This document shows positions 23,466 to 31,470 of a stretch of DNA of 32,000 nt, in pieces. Each line of letters begins with the position of its first letter. Position 1 is the stretch's first letter. Where the stretch lies: positions 3,660,001 to 3,692,000 of the forward strand of contig NZ_CP066018.1 in the NCBI RefSeq assembly GCF_016127575.1. Direction: 5' to 3'. The translations under genes were made by a program, and so were the position numbers. The notes beneath the pieces were generated by a model. It made no database searches, was not told the DNA's origin, and was given only the letters and a program-made list of their open reading frames with translations. The stretch comes from Cupriavidus necator. GTDB taxonomy: Bacteria > Pseudomonadota > Gammaproteobacteria > Burkholderiales > Burkholderiaceae.

Positions 23466-25834
23466 GTCGCGCTCCGGCTCTCTTGGATGGCTCGCCAGAC
23501 TTTCGGCGGCGTCAGCGGCATATCGAGATGGGATATGCCAAATGGCTTCAGTGCATCGCATACCGCCGCGACGACCGCGGGCGGCGCACCGACGCAGCCC
23601 GCCTCCCCGATGCCTTTGACGCCGAGCGGATTCGACGGCGCCGGAGAGACATGAAAGCCGGTGCGCATGCGGGGGATCTGTTCGATACGCGGAAAGCCGT
23701 AGTCAAGCAGCGAGCCGGACAGCAGTTGCCCGGAGTCGTCGTACACGGCTTCTTCGAACAGGGCCTGGCCGATGCCCTGTGCGATGCCACCGTGCATCTG
23801 GCCATGGCAAAGCATCGGGTTGATCATCACGCCCACGTCGTCGACTGCCACATAGTCCAGGATCGTCACCACCCCGGTCTCCGCATCGACCTCCACGACC
23901 ACGGCATGGCAGCCATTCGGCGCTCCCAGGGCGGCCGGCTCATAGAAGACGCGCTCATCCAGCCCTGCTTCGAAATCCCGGGGCAGCTTGTGCGCAAGGT
24001 ATGCCATCCTTGCGACCTGCGAGAACGGGATGACGGTCGGATTTGCCGTGCTCGAGAAATGGCCATCTGCATAGTGCACGTCCTCTTCCGGGATTTCGAG
24101 CATGAAGGCGGCGATCCGACTTGCCCTGGCGAGAATCTTGCCCGCTGCCACATAGGCAGCGCTGCCGCCTACGGGCATGGAGCGTGAATTGAACGTGCCA
24201 TGACCCGCCAGCACGCGGTCGGTGTCACCCTGCACGACATCGATATCTTCCATCGGCAGTTGCAAGGCTTCCGCAACGATCTGCGCGAAGCTGGTGGCAT
24301 GGCCGTGGCCTTGCGGCATCGAGCCGCTGAACAGCGTGACCTTGCCGTCGGAATGCACGCGGATATGCGCGCTCTCCCAGCCGCCGCGGTTGAACCCGAC
24401 CTTTTCCAGCATCGGCGAAATGCCCATGCCGACCAGCTCCAGATAGCAGGTCACCCCGATGCCGATGTATTTGCCCTGTTCGCGCAGCGCCACCTGCTCC
24501 TCACGCCAGCGCCGGTAGCCGATCAGCTCGGTCGCCTTGTTCAGGCAGGCTTCGTAGTCGCCGGAGTCCCATTTGCCGCGCGCGCCGTCATGCGGCAAAT
24601 AGGGAAACTGATCGGGCTGCACCAGGTTGCGGCGCCGCAACTCGACCGGATCCATGTCCAGCTCCCCCGCTACAGCGTCCATCAGCCGCTCGATGATGTA
24701 TGCGGCTTCTGGCCGTCCGGCGCCGCGATAGGCATCAACCGGCGTGGTATTGGTTGTCACCAGATTCACTTCCGCGTCGACTGACGTTATCTGGTAGTTG
24801 CCCGTGATGTAGTTGACCGTATTGATGGTAGGGATCCCCGTCGCCATATTCGACAGGTAGGCGCCGAGGTTGGCGAACGACCGCAAGCGGATCCCCAGCA
24901 CTTTGCCGTCGTTGGTGACGGGCGCCTCCACATACTCGGTATGCGCGCGGCCATGGGTGGTCGCGACGAAGTTCTCGCTGCGCGTCTCCGTCCAGCTCAC
25001 CGGAAGCCCGAAATGCCTGGAGGCGAACGCCACCAGCACCTCTTCCGCATAGAAGTGCATCTTTGCGCCGAATCCGCCACCGATATCGGGCGCCACGATC
25101 CGGACCCGGTGCTCGGGCCAGCGCAGGGTCTCCGCCAGCCAGCGTCTCGACATATGCGGAACCTGGGTCGGGACGATAAACGTCAGGCGCTCGTCGACCG
25201 GGTCGAAGCTCGCGCACAAGGCGCGCGGTTCGAGCGGGCTTGGAATCAGCCGCTGGTTGACCAGCCGGATCGAGACTACCCGGTCGGCCCGTTTCAATGC
25301 ATCCTCGTAGCTGCCGCCCTTGAGCCGGAATACGCCGATGCGATTGCCGGGCACGTTATCGTGAAGCTGGGGCGCGGTGTCTGACAGTGCTGCTTCCGCA
25401 TCGACGACAGGTGGCAACGCTTCGTAACCGACTGCGACCAGTTCCGCAGCGTCCGCGGCAATCTCGCGGGTCTGGGCCACCACCATCGCCACGGCTTCCC
25501 CTACGTACCGCACCCGCCCGGCCGCAAGCGGAGGGTGCGGCGGCACCTTCGAATTACCCACGACCCAGTTCGGCCGGATGTCGCCAACCTTGCCCTGGAT
25601 GTCCGCATAGGTCAGAACCCCGATCACGCCGGGAAGCGCGCGTGCGGCCGAGCTATCGATCTCGCTGACAACGGCATGGGCATAGGGCGACCTGACGAAG
25701 GCCGCGAAGACCATGCCCGGGAACTGGTGGTCATCCGTAAACCTGCCCTGGCCGCTCATCAGCCGCTTGTCCTCACGACGCCTGACCGATTTGCCAATGT
25801 ACTTCGTTGCACTTCCGCTCAGTGCTTCGCTCAT
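23462..25834 (-). CDS. molybdopterin-binding large subunit, xanthine-dehydrogenase family (form-II CoxL-like, not a bona fide CO dehydrogenase)
   Basis: ATG 25834 (MSEALSGSATKYIGKSVRRREDKRLMSGQGRFTDD..) has GGAGG 6 nt upstream. The active-site loop is VDAYRGAGRPEAA rather than VAYRCSFR. 790 aa. Confidence 0.92.
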   Translation of the reverse strand: MSEALSGSATKYIGKSVRRREDKRLMSGQGRFTDDHQFPGMVFAAFVRSPYAHAVVSEIDSSAARALPGVIGVLTYADIQGKVGDIRPNWVVGNSKVPPHPPLAAGRVRYVGEAVAMVVAQTREIAADAAELVAVGYEALPPVVDAEAALSDTAPQLHDNVPGNRIGVFRLKGGSYEDALKRADRVVSIRLVNQRLIPSPLEPRALCASFDPVDERLTFIVPTQVPHMSRRWLAETLRWPEHRVRIVAPDIGGGFGAKMHFYAEEVLVAFASRHFGLPVSWTETRSENFVATTHGRAHTEYVEAPVTNDGKVLGIRLRSFANLGAYLSNMATGIPTINTVNYITGNYQITSVDAEVNLVTTNTTPVDAYRGAGRPEAAYIIERLMDAVAGELDMDPVELRRRNLVQPDQFPYLPHDGARGKWDSGDYEACLNKATELIGYRRWREEQVALREQGKYIGIGVTCYLELVGMGISPMLEKVGFNRGGWESAHIRVHSDGKVTLFSGSMPQGHGHATSFAQIVAEALQLPMEDIDVVQGDTDRVLAGHGTFNSRSMPVGGSAAYVAAGKILARASRIAAFMLEIPEEDVHYADGHFSSTANPTVIPFSQVARMAYLAHKLPRDFEAGLDERVFYEPAALGAPNGCHAVVVEVDAETGVVTILDYVAVDDVGVMINPMLCHGQMHGGIAQGIGQALFEEAVYDDSGQLLSGSLLDYGFPRIEQIPRMRTGFHVSPAPSNPLGVKGIGEAGCVGAPPAVVAAVCDALKPFGISHLDMPLTPPKVWRAIQESRSAT

Positions 25835-25835
25835 C

Positions 25836-26327
25836 TCAGGCCTCCTCATGTGTGACGGACGGCGTTCGCTGCAGCCTGGTCACGGCAAGAAGAACAGCAT
25901 CGACGATGTTCTGATACCCGGTGCAGCGGCACAGGTTGCCGTGCAGCGCTTCCCTGACATCGCTTTCGGCCGGCGCAGGCTGGTGCGCAAGCAGCGCTCG
26001 TGCCGCAAGCAGCATTCCTGGCGTACAGAAGCCACACTGCAAGCCATGAAGTTCGTTGAAGGCTTGCTTGAGCACGGCTGTCGTGTGGTCGTGCTCCATG
26101 CCTTCAATCGTGTGAAGCTCGCAGCCGTCAGTCTGGGCGGCAAGTACGGTGCACGACTTCACGTTCGTCCCGTCGACAAGCACCGTGCAGGCTCCGCACT
26201 GGGAGGTGTCGCAACCGATGTGAACGCCGGTCAGGCGTTTCTGGTCCCGCAACAAGTGCACCAGCAGCCGCCTTGGCTCTATCTCGGTGGTACCTGTTAC
26301 GCCATTGATGGTGTTTTCAATTTTCAC
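25836..26327 (-). CDS. [2Fe-2S] small subunit (CoxS-like) of the molybdenum hydroxylase
   Basis: GTG 26327. Cys clusters [12 protein letters not shown] and CGFCTPG..CRCTGY are diagnostic of the two 2Fe-2S centres. Confidence 0.92.
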   Translation of the reverse strand: MKIENTINGVTGTTEIEPRRLLVHLLRDQKRLTGVHIGCDTSQCGACTVLVDGTNVKSCTVLAAQTDGCELHTIEGMEHDHTTAVLKQAFNELHGLQCGFCTPGMLLAARALLAHQPAPAESDVREALHGNLCRCTGYQNIVDAVLLAVTRLQRTPSVTHEEA

Positions 26328-26446
26328 AGTCGCCTCTGTGTCTCCGTTAGCACCTTCAGCATCGGCACCCGTGGTGCCTATAGTATTACGATCGTCATAC
26401 TAAAGGGGCAAAAAAAATTCCGGTGTTCTTCCCAGAACCGCCGAGC

Positions 26447-26926
26447 TCATTCAGCGGAAGTTGCCAGCGAACCACCCGGACTTGCCTCCTGGCTTACCAG
26501 CTTTTCAAAGCGGGAAAAGAACTCCGCCAGGAACTTGTTCGCCACTGATCCCACCAGACGGGACCCGATCTGTGCGAGCTTTCCTCCCATCTGCGCTGCG
26601 GCCACGTAGTGCAGGGAAGTGCCGCCCTCGACGTCTTCCAGACGGATATCGGCGCCCAGCTTGCCGAATCCCGCGACGCCACCGCTGCCGCTGCCTTCGA
26701 TGTGATAGCCGATGCCCTCCTGGTGGCCGGTAAATCGGGCCGTGCCCTTGAAGCGTGCCTTGATCGGTCCGACGGCCGCTACGATGACTGCGTCATAGTC
26801 TCCGTCATCTCCCTGCTGGTATTGCTCACATCCCGGCAAACACCGCTGGAATGTCGCCGGATCGTTCAACCGTTTCCAGACCTCTGCCCTGGAAGCCTTG
26901 ATTACCTGTGCGCCAGTGAATTCCAA
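26447..26926 (-). CDS. CoxG-like SRPBCC-family protein
   Basis: TTG 26926 ((M)EFTGAQVIKASRAEVWKRLNDPATFQRCLPGCE..VGPIKARFKG..GGVAGFGKLGADIRLE..GGKLAQIGSRLVGSVANKFLAEFF), with AGGGGA upstream. The track ORF is extended N-terminally. Confidence 0.85.
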   Translation of the reverse strand: MEFTGAQVIKASRAEVWKRLNDPATFQRCLPGCEQYQQGDDGDYDAVIVAAVGPIKARFKGTARFTGHQEGIGYHIEGSGSGGVAGFGKLGADIRLEDVEGGTSLHYVAAAQMGGKLAQIGSRLVGSVANKFLAEFFSRFEKLVSQEASPGGSLATSAE

Positions 26927-27024
26927 TGTTTTCCCCTTTCGGTTTCTGCTACTTCCGTCACAGCGGCCGGCCCGGAACCGCGAACGTCTGCGCCGCTTCG
27001 TCACCGCATGGCCGAACGCCAATC

Positions 27025-27045
27025 TATCCAGCGTCTATATCGTAG
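27025..27045 (+). promoter_or_regulatory. 21-bp box TATCCAGCGTCTATATCGTAG (copy 1 of 4)
   Basis: It lies about 100 bp upstream of the coxG-like start and is 18/21 identical to the box at 20544. Confidence 0.45.
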
Positions 27046-27213
27046 GGAGCGCGTCGGCGAGCGTCAAGGAACGGGAAGCCATTTACGCCTAGTGGTAACC
27101 CTAGCAACGAAAGCCCTTTCGCTCATCTGGCTGGCACTGCAGTGCCCGTAAAGGAACAGGCTGGTAAACCCGAAACTGCCCAAAGACTTCTTGACGCGGC
27201 CAAGACCGCAATC

Positions 27214-27234
27214 CTAGGATGTAGACAGTGGATA
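27214..27234 (-). promoter_or_regulatory. 21-bp box, inverted copy (reverse complement reads TATCCACTGTCTACATCCTAG)
   Basis: It lies in the centre of the 480-bp divergent region. A 15-bp stretch (27222-27236) is a perfect inverted repeat of 27340-27354. Confidence 0.45.
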
Positions 27235-27340
27235 CACCGAGCACCAGCGCCGAACGCGACTAGCGCAGCAAGGCAGGCCAGGCGTCCAGCCCTTTCAACC
27301 CTGCCCACCTTCGTTCCAGTCCCCGGCGCACGCCCCAATG

Positions 27341-27361
27341 TATCCACTGTCTATATTCGAT
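27341..27361 (+). promoter_or_regulatory. 21-bp box TATCCACTGTCTATATTCGAT (copy 3 of 4)
   Basis: It ends 46 bp upstream of the thiolase ATG (27408). Confidence 0.45.
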
Positions 27362-27407
27362 ACGGCCGACTTCGAACGCCGGCCCCATCCACGCCAAAGG
27401 AGAACCC

Positions 27408-28592
27408 ATGTCTCGTGCAGTGATCGTTTCATTTGCCCGCACCCCGATCGGCAAAGCCACCCGAGGCGCCTTCAACATGACCCATGGCGCCACCATGGCG
27501 GGCCATGCCATTCAGCATGCCGTCCAGCGTGCGGGGATTGACGGCGCGGAAGTCGAGGACATCATCTTCGGCTGCGGCCAGCCCATCGCCGCCACCGGTG
27601 GCAACGTCGCCCGGCAAGGCGGCATCCGCGCGGGCCTGCCGGTGTCCGTCAGCGGCACGACGCTGACCCGCTTCTGCGCATCCGGCTTGCAGGCAGTCGC
27701 CTTTGCCGCACAGCGTGTGCTGATCGACAAGGTGCCGGTAATGGTGGCGGGTGGCGTCGAATCGATCAGCCTGTCACAACCGGTCACGCTGAAGGTTGCC
27801 CAGCAGGAAGCGTGGCTGGCCAAGAATCGCCCCGATGTTTACCTGCACATGATCGATACGGCCGAAATCCTCGCCGAGCGCTACGGCATGTCGCGGCAGC
27901 GCTCCGACGCGTTCGCGCTGCGCAGCCAGCAACTTACTGTGGCAGCTCAGAAGGCCGGCCGCTTCGCGGAGGAAATCGTTCCGCTGGCAACGGTCAAGTC
28001 GGTGAAGGACAAGGTGACCGGAGAGACGTCGACGGCGGAGTTCCTGCTCGAGGCGGACGAAGGTGTCCGTGCCGACACCACGCTGGAAGGACTGAGCGTT
28101 CTGCCTGCCGTGAAGGGCGAGGGTTACCAGGTGACGGCCGGCAATTCGAGCCAGTTGTCTGACGGGGCCGCGGCGCTGGTGGTGATGTCCGAACGCGAGG
28201 CCGAACGGCGTGGCCTGGAACCGCTGGGCTACTTCGTCAGCCTGGCCACCGCTGGGGTGGAGCCGGACGAAATGGGCGTCGGCCCGGTCCGCGCAGTCCC
28301 GCGCCTGCTCGAACGCAACGAGCTTTCCATCGATGACATCGACCTGTGGGAACTCAACGAAGCCTTTGCCTGCCAGGCGCTGTATTGCATTGACCAGCTT
28401 GGCTTGCCGCTGGAGCGCGTCAACGTCAACGGCGGCGCGATTGCCGTCGGTCACCCGTATGGCATGACGGGCGCGCGCCAGGCCGGCCACATCTTGCTGG
28501 AAGGACGTCGCCGGAAAGCCAAGTATGGCGTCGTGACCATGTGTGCCGCCGGCGGCATGGGCGCGGCAGGCCTGTTCGAGTTCATCCACTAA
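27408..28592 (+). CDS. acetyl-CoA C-acyltransferase (thiolase)
   Basis: AAAGGAGA RBS. Catalytic blocks [30 protein letters not shown] and CAAGGMG. Confidence 0.92.
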   Translation: MSRAVIVSFARTPIGKATRGAFNMTHGATMAGHAIQHAVQRAGIDGAEVEDIIFGCGQPIAATGGNVARQGGIRAGLPVSVSGTTLTRFCASGLQAVAFAAQRVLIDKVPVMVAGGVESISLSQPVTLKVAQQEAWLAKNRPDVYLHMIDTAEILAERYGMSRQRSDAFALRSQQLTVAAQKAGRFAEEIVPLATVKSVKDKVTGETSTAEFLLEADEGVRADTTLEGLSVLPAVKGEGYQVTAGNSSQLSDGAAALVVMSEREAERRGLEPLGYFVSLATAGVEPDEMGVGPVRAVPRLLERNELSIDDIDLWELNEAFACQALYCIDQLGLPLERVNVNGGAIAVGHPYGMTGARQAGHILLEGRRRKAKYGVVTMCAAGGMGAAGLFEFIH

Positions 28593-28620
28593 GCATCCAA
28601 GAGAGACAACGGAGACACCG

Positions 28621-29412
28621 ATGACCGACATCACCGAATACGACACCGTGTTTATCGACCGCGACGGTCCCTGCGCCGTCGTCACCATGAACCGGCTGGA
28701 AAAGTACAACGCGCTCAACACCGGGTTGCGCACCGACCTTTACGCGGCGCTGTCGTCGCTGATGACCGAGCGGACGGTCCGAGGGATCGTTCTCTGGGGT
28801 GGCACCAAGGCCTTCGTGGCCGGCGGCGATATCCCTGAAATGCTGGCGCGCCGTCCGATTGAAGCCTTCGTCCCGACCAGCGGCGCGCCCGACCTGTGGG
28901 CGCTGATCCACCACAGCACCATCCCCGTGATCGCCGCCATTGCCGGGCCTTGCTTTGGCGGTGGCCTCGAGCTTGCGATGGCGTGCGACCTGCGCGTGGC
29001 TGCGGACAACGCCCTGCTCGGGCAGACCGAAACCAACGTTGGCCTGATACCGGGACGCGGGGGTACCCAGCGGCTAACCCGGCTGGTTGGCGCGACGCGC
29101 GCCAAGGAAATGATCTTTACCGGCGAAATCATCAAGCCGGACGAGGCTTACCGCATCGGCCTTGTCAACAAGGTGGTGCCTGCGGGCGAATTGCTGGCAG
29201 AGGCGAAGGCCTATGTGCACCGTATTGCCGAGAAGTCCCCGCACTCGATCGCGATGGCCAAGCTGATGATCAACAACGGCCAGGATGCCACGCTCGATAT
29301 GGCGCTGATGCTGGAACAGCTGGCCTTTGCCACGCTCTTCAGCACGGAAGACATGCACGAAGGCGGCGCAGCGTTCCTCGACAAGCGCCGTCCGGTCTAC
29401 CGCGGAGTCTGA
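28621..29412 (+). CDS. enoyl-CoA hydratase/isomerase (crotonase) family protein
   Basis: ATG 28621 with GGAGA upstream. ..KAFVAGGDIPEM..GPCFGGGLELAMACDLRVAADNALLGQTETNVGLIPGRGGTQRL.. gives the oxyanion-hole signatures. Confidence 0.9.
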   Translation: MTDITEYDTVFIDRDGPCAVVTMNRLEKYNALNTGLRTDLYAALSSLMTERTVRGIVLWGGTKAFVAGGDIPEMLARRPIEAFVPTSGAPDLWALIHHSTIPVIAAIAGPCFGGGLELAMACDLRVAADNALLGQTETNVGLIPGRGGTQRLTRLVGATRAKEMIFTGEIIKPDEAYRIGLVNKVVPAGELLAEAKAYVHRIAEKSPHSIAMAKLMINNGQDATLDMALMLEQLAFATLFSTEDMHEGGAAFLDKRRPVYRGV

Positions 29413-29414
29413 CC

Positions 29415-31352
29415 ATGACCCAGCTCAACACACGTGTGCAGGCTGCGACCACCCTCGCGCAACCAGACCCCTACCGCCCCCGGCTGACAGTGACCGCGCT
29501 TGCCGATATCCGGCGCTTCGAGCAGACACCGCTTTCGGACCGGCGCCTGCCCGACAGCACTTACGAGTTGCTGCGCCTGGCGCGCGATCGTGCGCCCGAG
29601 GCGCCGGCGCTGCATTACTTCACCTCCGGCGACGAGTTGGCCAGGTCGGTCACCATCACCCATGCGCAGATGTTCGGACGCATCACGCAAACCGCCAACC
29701 TGCTGCACTCGCTTGGCCTGGGGCCGGATGACGTCATCGGGGTGCTGATGCCCGTGACGCCAGAGTCCCAGTACGCGATCTGGGGCAGCGAAGCGACCGG
29801 CATCGCCTGCCCGGTCAACTGGATGCTGGAGCCCGAGATTATCGCGGCGTTGCTGCGCAATGCCGGAGCCAAGGCGGTGATCGCCTATGGCCCCGACCCG
29901 GATATCGAAGCCTGGAACAAGGCCATGCTGGTGCGGCGTGAACTGCATGACGTGAAGCACTGGATCAAGGCCGGCGGCGGTAAGGCAAGCGAGGAAGGCA
30001 TCTTCGACCTCGACGCCAGCGTTGACCGTTTCGATGACGAGGCGCTTGACAGCGGACGGGTGTTCTCGCCGCAGGATACGGCTTCGATGTTCCATACCGG
30101 GGGCACCACCGGCACGCCCAAGCTGGCGCTGCACACGCATGGCAACGAAGTGTCGATGGCATGGGTCAGCGCCATGCAGATCGACGTGCAGCCCGAGGAC
30201 GTACGCGTCTGCGGGGTGCCGATGTTCCACGTGACAGGGGTGCTGACCAATTGCCTGATGCCGCTGGCCCGCGGCGCATCGGTGGTGCTGCTGACGTCCA
30301 GCGGCTGGCGTGATCCCTCGGTGATCCGCAATCTTTGGCAGATCGTCGATCACTTCGGGGTCACCGCGCTGGGCATGGTCCCCAGCGTGGTCAACATGGC
30401 GCTGAATATTCCGATCGGCGACGCCGACATCAGCTCCCTCAAGGCGGCCAGCTGCGGTACGGCGCCGCTGTCGGTGGCCGTCGCCGAGGCGTTCGAGCAA
30501 AAGACCGGCGCGATGATCTTCGAGGGATATGGGCTGACTGAAGGCACCGCGCTCAGTGCAACCAACCCGCGCTATGGCCAGCGGCGCATCGGCTCCATCG
30601 GCCTGCCCATGGCCTACCAGGAGATGAAGGTCGTCAAGGTCGCCGCTGGACACATCCAGCGCGAATGCGAGCCGGGCGAACCTGGCATCGTGGTGGTGCG
30701 CGGTCCCAATGTCTTCTCCGGCTACCTGAATCCCGAGCAGAACAAGAGCATCTGGTTCGAAGGCGGCTGGTTCAATACTGGCGACCTGGGCTATGTGGAC
30801 GAGGATGGCTACTTCTGGCTGACCGGCCGGGCCAAGGACCTGATCATCCGCGGCGGCAACAATATCGATCCGCGCATGATCGAAGAGGCGCTGTATCGGC
30901 ACCCCGAGGTATTCGATGCCGCCGCGGTCGGCCTGCCTGACGCGCATGCCGGTGAACTGCCGGTCGCGTACATCGCGCTCAAGCCGGGCAGCACCTTCCC
31001 GCTCGGCCGCATCAAGCACTACGCCTACGAGGTGATCCCGGAACGCGCCGCCGTGCCCAAGCAGTTCTACCTGGTCGACGCCATCCCCAAGACTGCCGTC
31101 GGCAAGATCCAGAAGAACACGCTGCGCAGCGACGCAGTACTGCGGGCGCAGCGGCAGATGCTTGCCGAGGTCAACGCGGATACGCCGGTGCCCCTGGTTG
31201 ATATCCGCATCGAAGACCGGGGCGACCAGGGCATCCTGTCCACGCTGGTGCTGCCCGCCACCCTGAGCAACGAAGACCGGGAGATCGCGGTGGCAACCAT
31301 CGGCAAGGCGTTCTCGACGCTGACCATCAAATACGCGGTGGTCTACGAATAG
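29415..31352 (+). CDS. AMP-forming acyl-CoA synthetase/ligase (long form with a C-terminal extension)
   Basis: ATG 29415, 2 nt after the crotonase stop. Motifs are FHTGGTTGTPK, FEGYGLTEGT, TGDLGYVDEDGYFWLTGRAKDLIIRGGNNI and PKTAVGKIQKNTLR. About 75 further residues follow the last motif. Confidence 0.9.
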   Translation: MTQLNTRVQAATTLAQPDPYRPRLTVTALADIRRFEQTPLSDRRLPDSTYELLRLARDRAPEAPALHYFTSGDELARSVTITHAQMFGRITQTANLLHSLGLGPDDVIGVLMPVTPESQYAIWGSEATGIACPVNWMLEPEIIAALLRNAGAKAVIAYGPDPDIEAWNKAMLVRRELHDVKHWIKAGGGKASEEGIFDLDASVDRFDDEALDSGRVFSPQDTASMFHTGGTTGTPKLALHTHGNEVSMAWVSAMQIDVQPEDVRVCGVPMFHVTGVLTNCLMPLARGASVVLLTSSGWRDPSVIRNLWQIVDHFGVTALGMVPSVVNMALNIPIGDADISSLKAASCGTAPLSVAVAEAFEQKTGAMIFEGYGLTEGTALSATNPRYGQRRIGSIGLPMAYQEMKVVKVAAGHIQRECEPGEPGIVVVRGPNVFSGYLNPEQNKSIWFEGGWFNTGDLGYVDEDGYFWLTGRAKDLIIRGGNNIDPRMIEEALYRHPEVFDAAAVGLPDAHAGELPVAYIALKPGSTFPLGRIKHYAYEVIPERAAVPKQFYLVDAIPKTAVGKIQKNTLRSDAVLRAQRQMLAEVNADTPVPLVDIRIEDRGDQGILSTLVLPATLSNEDREIAVATIGKAFSTLTIKYAVVYE

Positions 31353-31470
31353 CCCGTTCACCGAAGCAGGGCCTCGCCAGAGGCAGTGCTGGCCGGCAGC
31401 GCCTCACCCCGACGTATCCGTCACCACGGGTATGAGCTGCCGGATTGCAGAACCAATAATGGAGACAACC

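Noticed and set aside
26410-26438. Terminator-like element between the coxG-like and 2Fe-2S genes (minus strand: GTTCT-GGGA-AGAAC, 7 nt, T8)
   Set aside because: The stem is only 5 bp and is separated from the T run. It may attenuate transcription, but it is too weak to call and I did not list it as a feature.
27142-27423. 93-aa ORF in the divergent promoter region with a TetR-like N-terminal phrase (AQRLLDAAKTAILG)
   Set aside because: Its third-codon positions are A/T-rich, unlike all confident genes here. No HTH continuation exists in any single frame, and it overlaps the conserved 21-bp boxes and the thiolase RBS. It is at most an ancient remnant.
29397-31361. 654-aa minus-strand ORF opposite the acyl-CoA ligase
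   Set aside because: The ligase frame has all the AMP-binding motifs. The antisense product is low-complexity, with no motifs.
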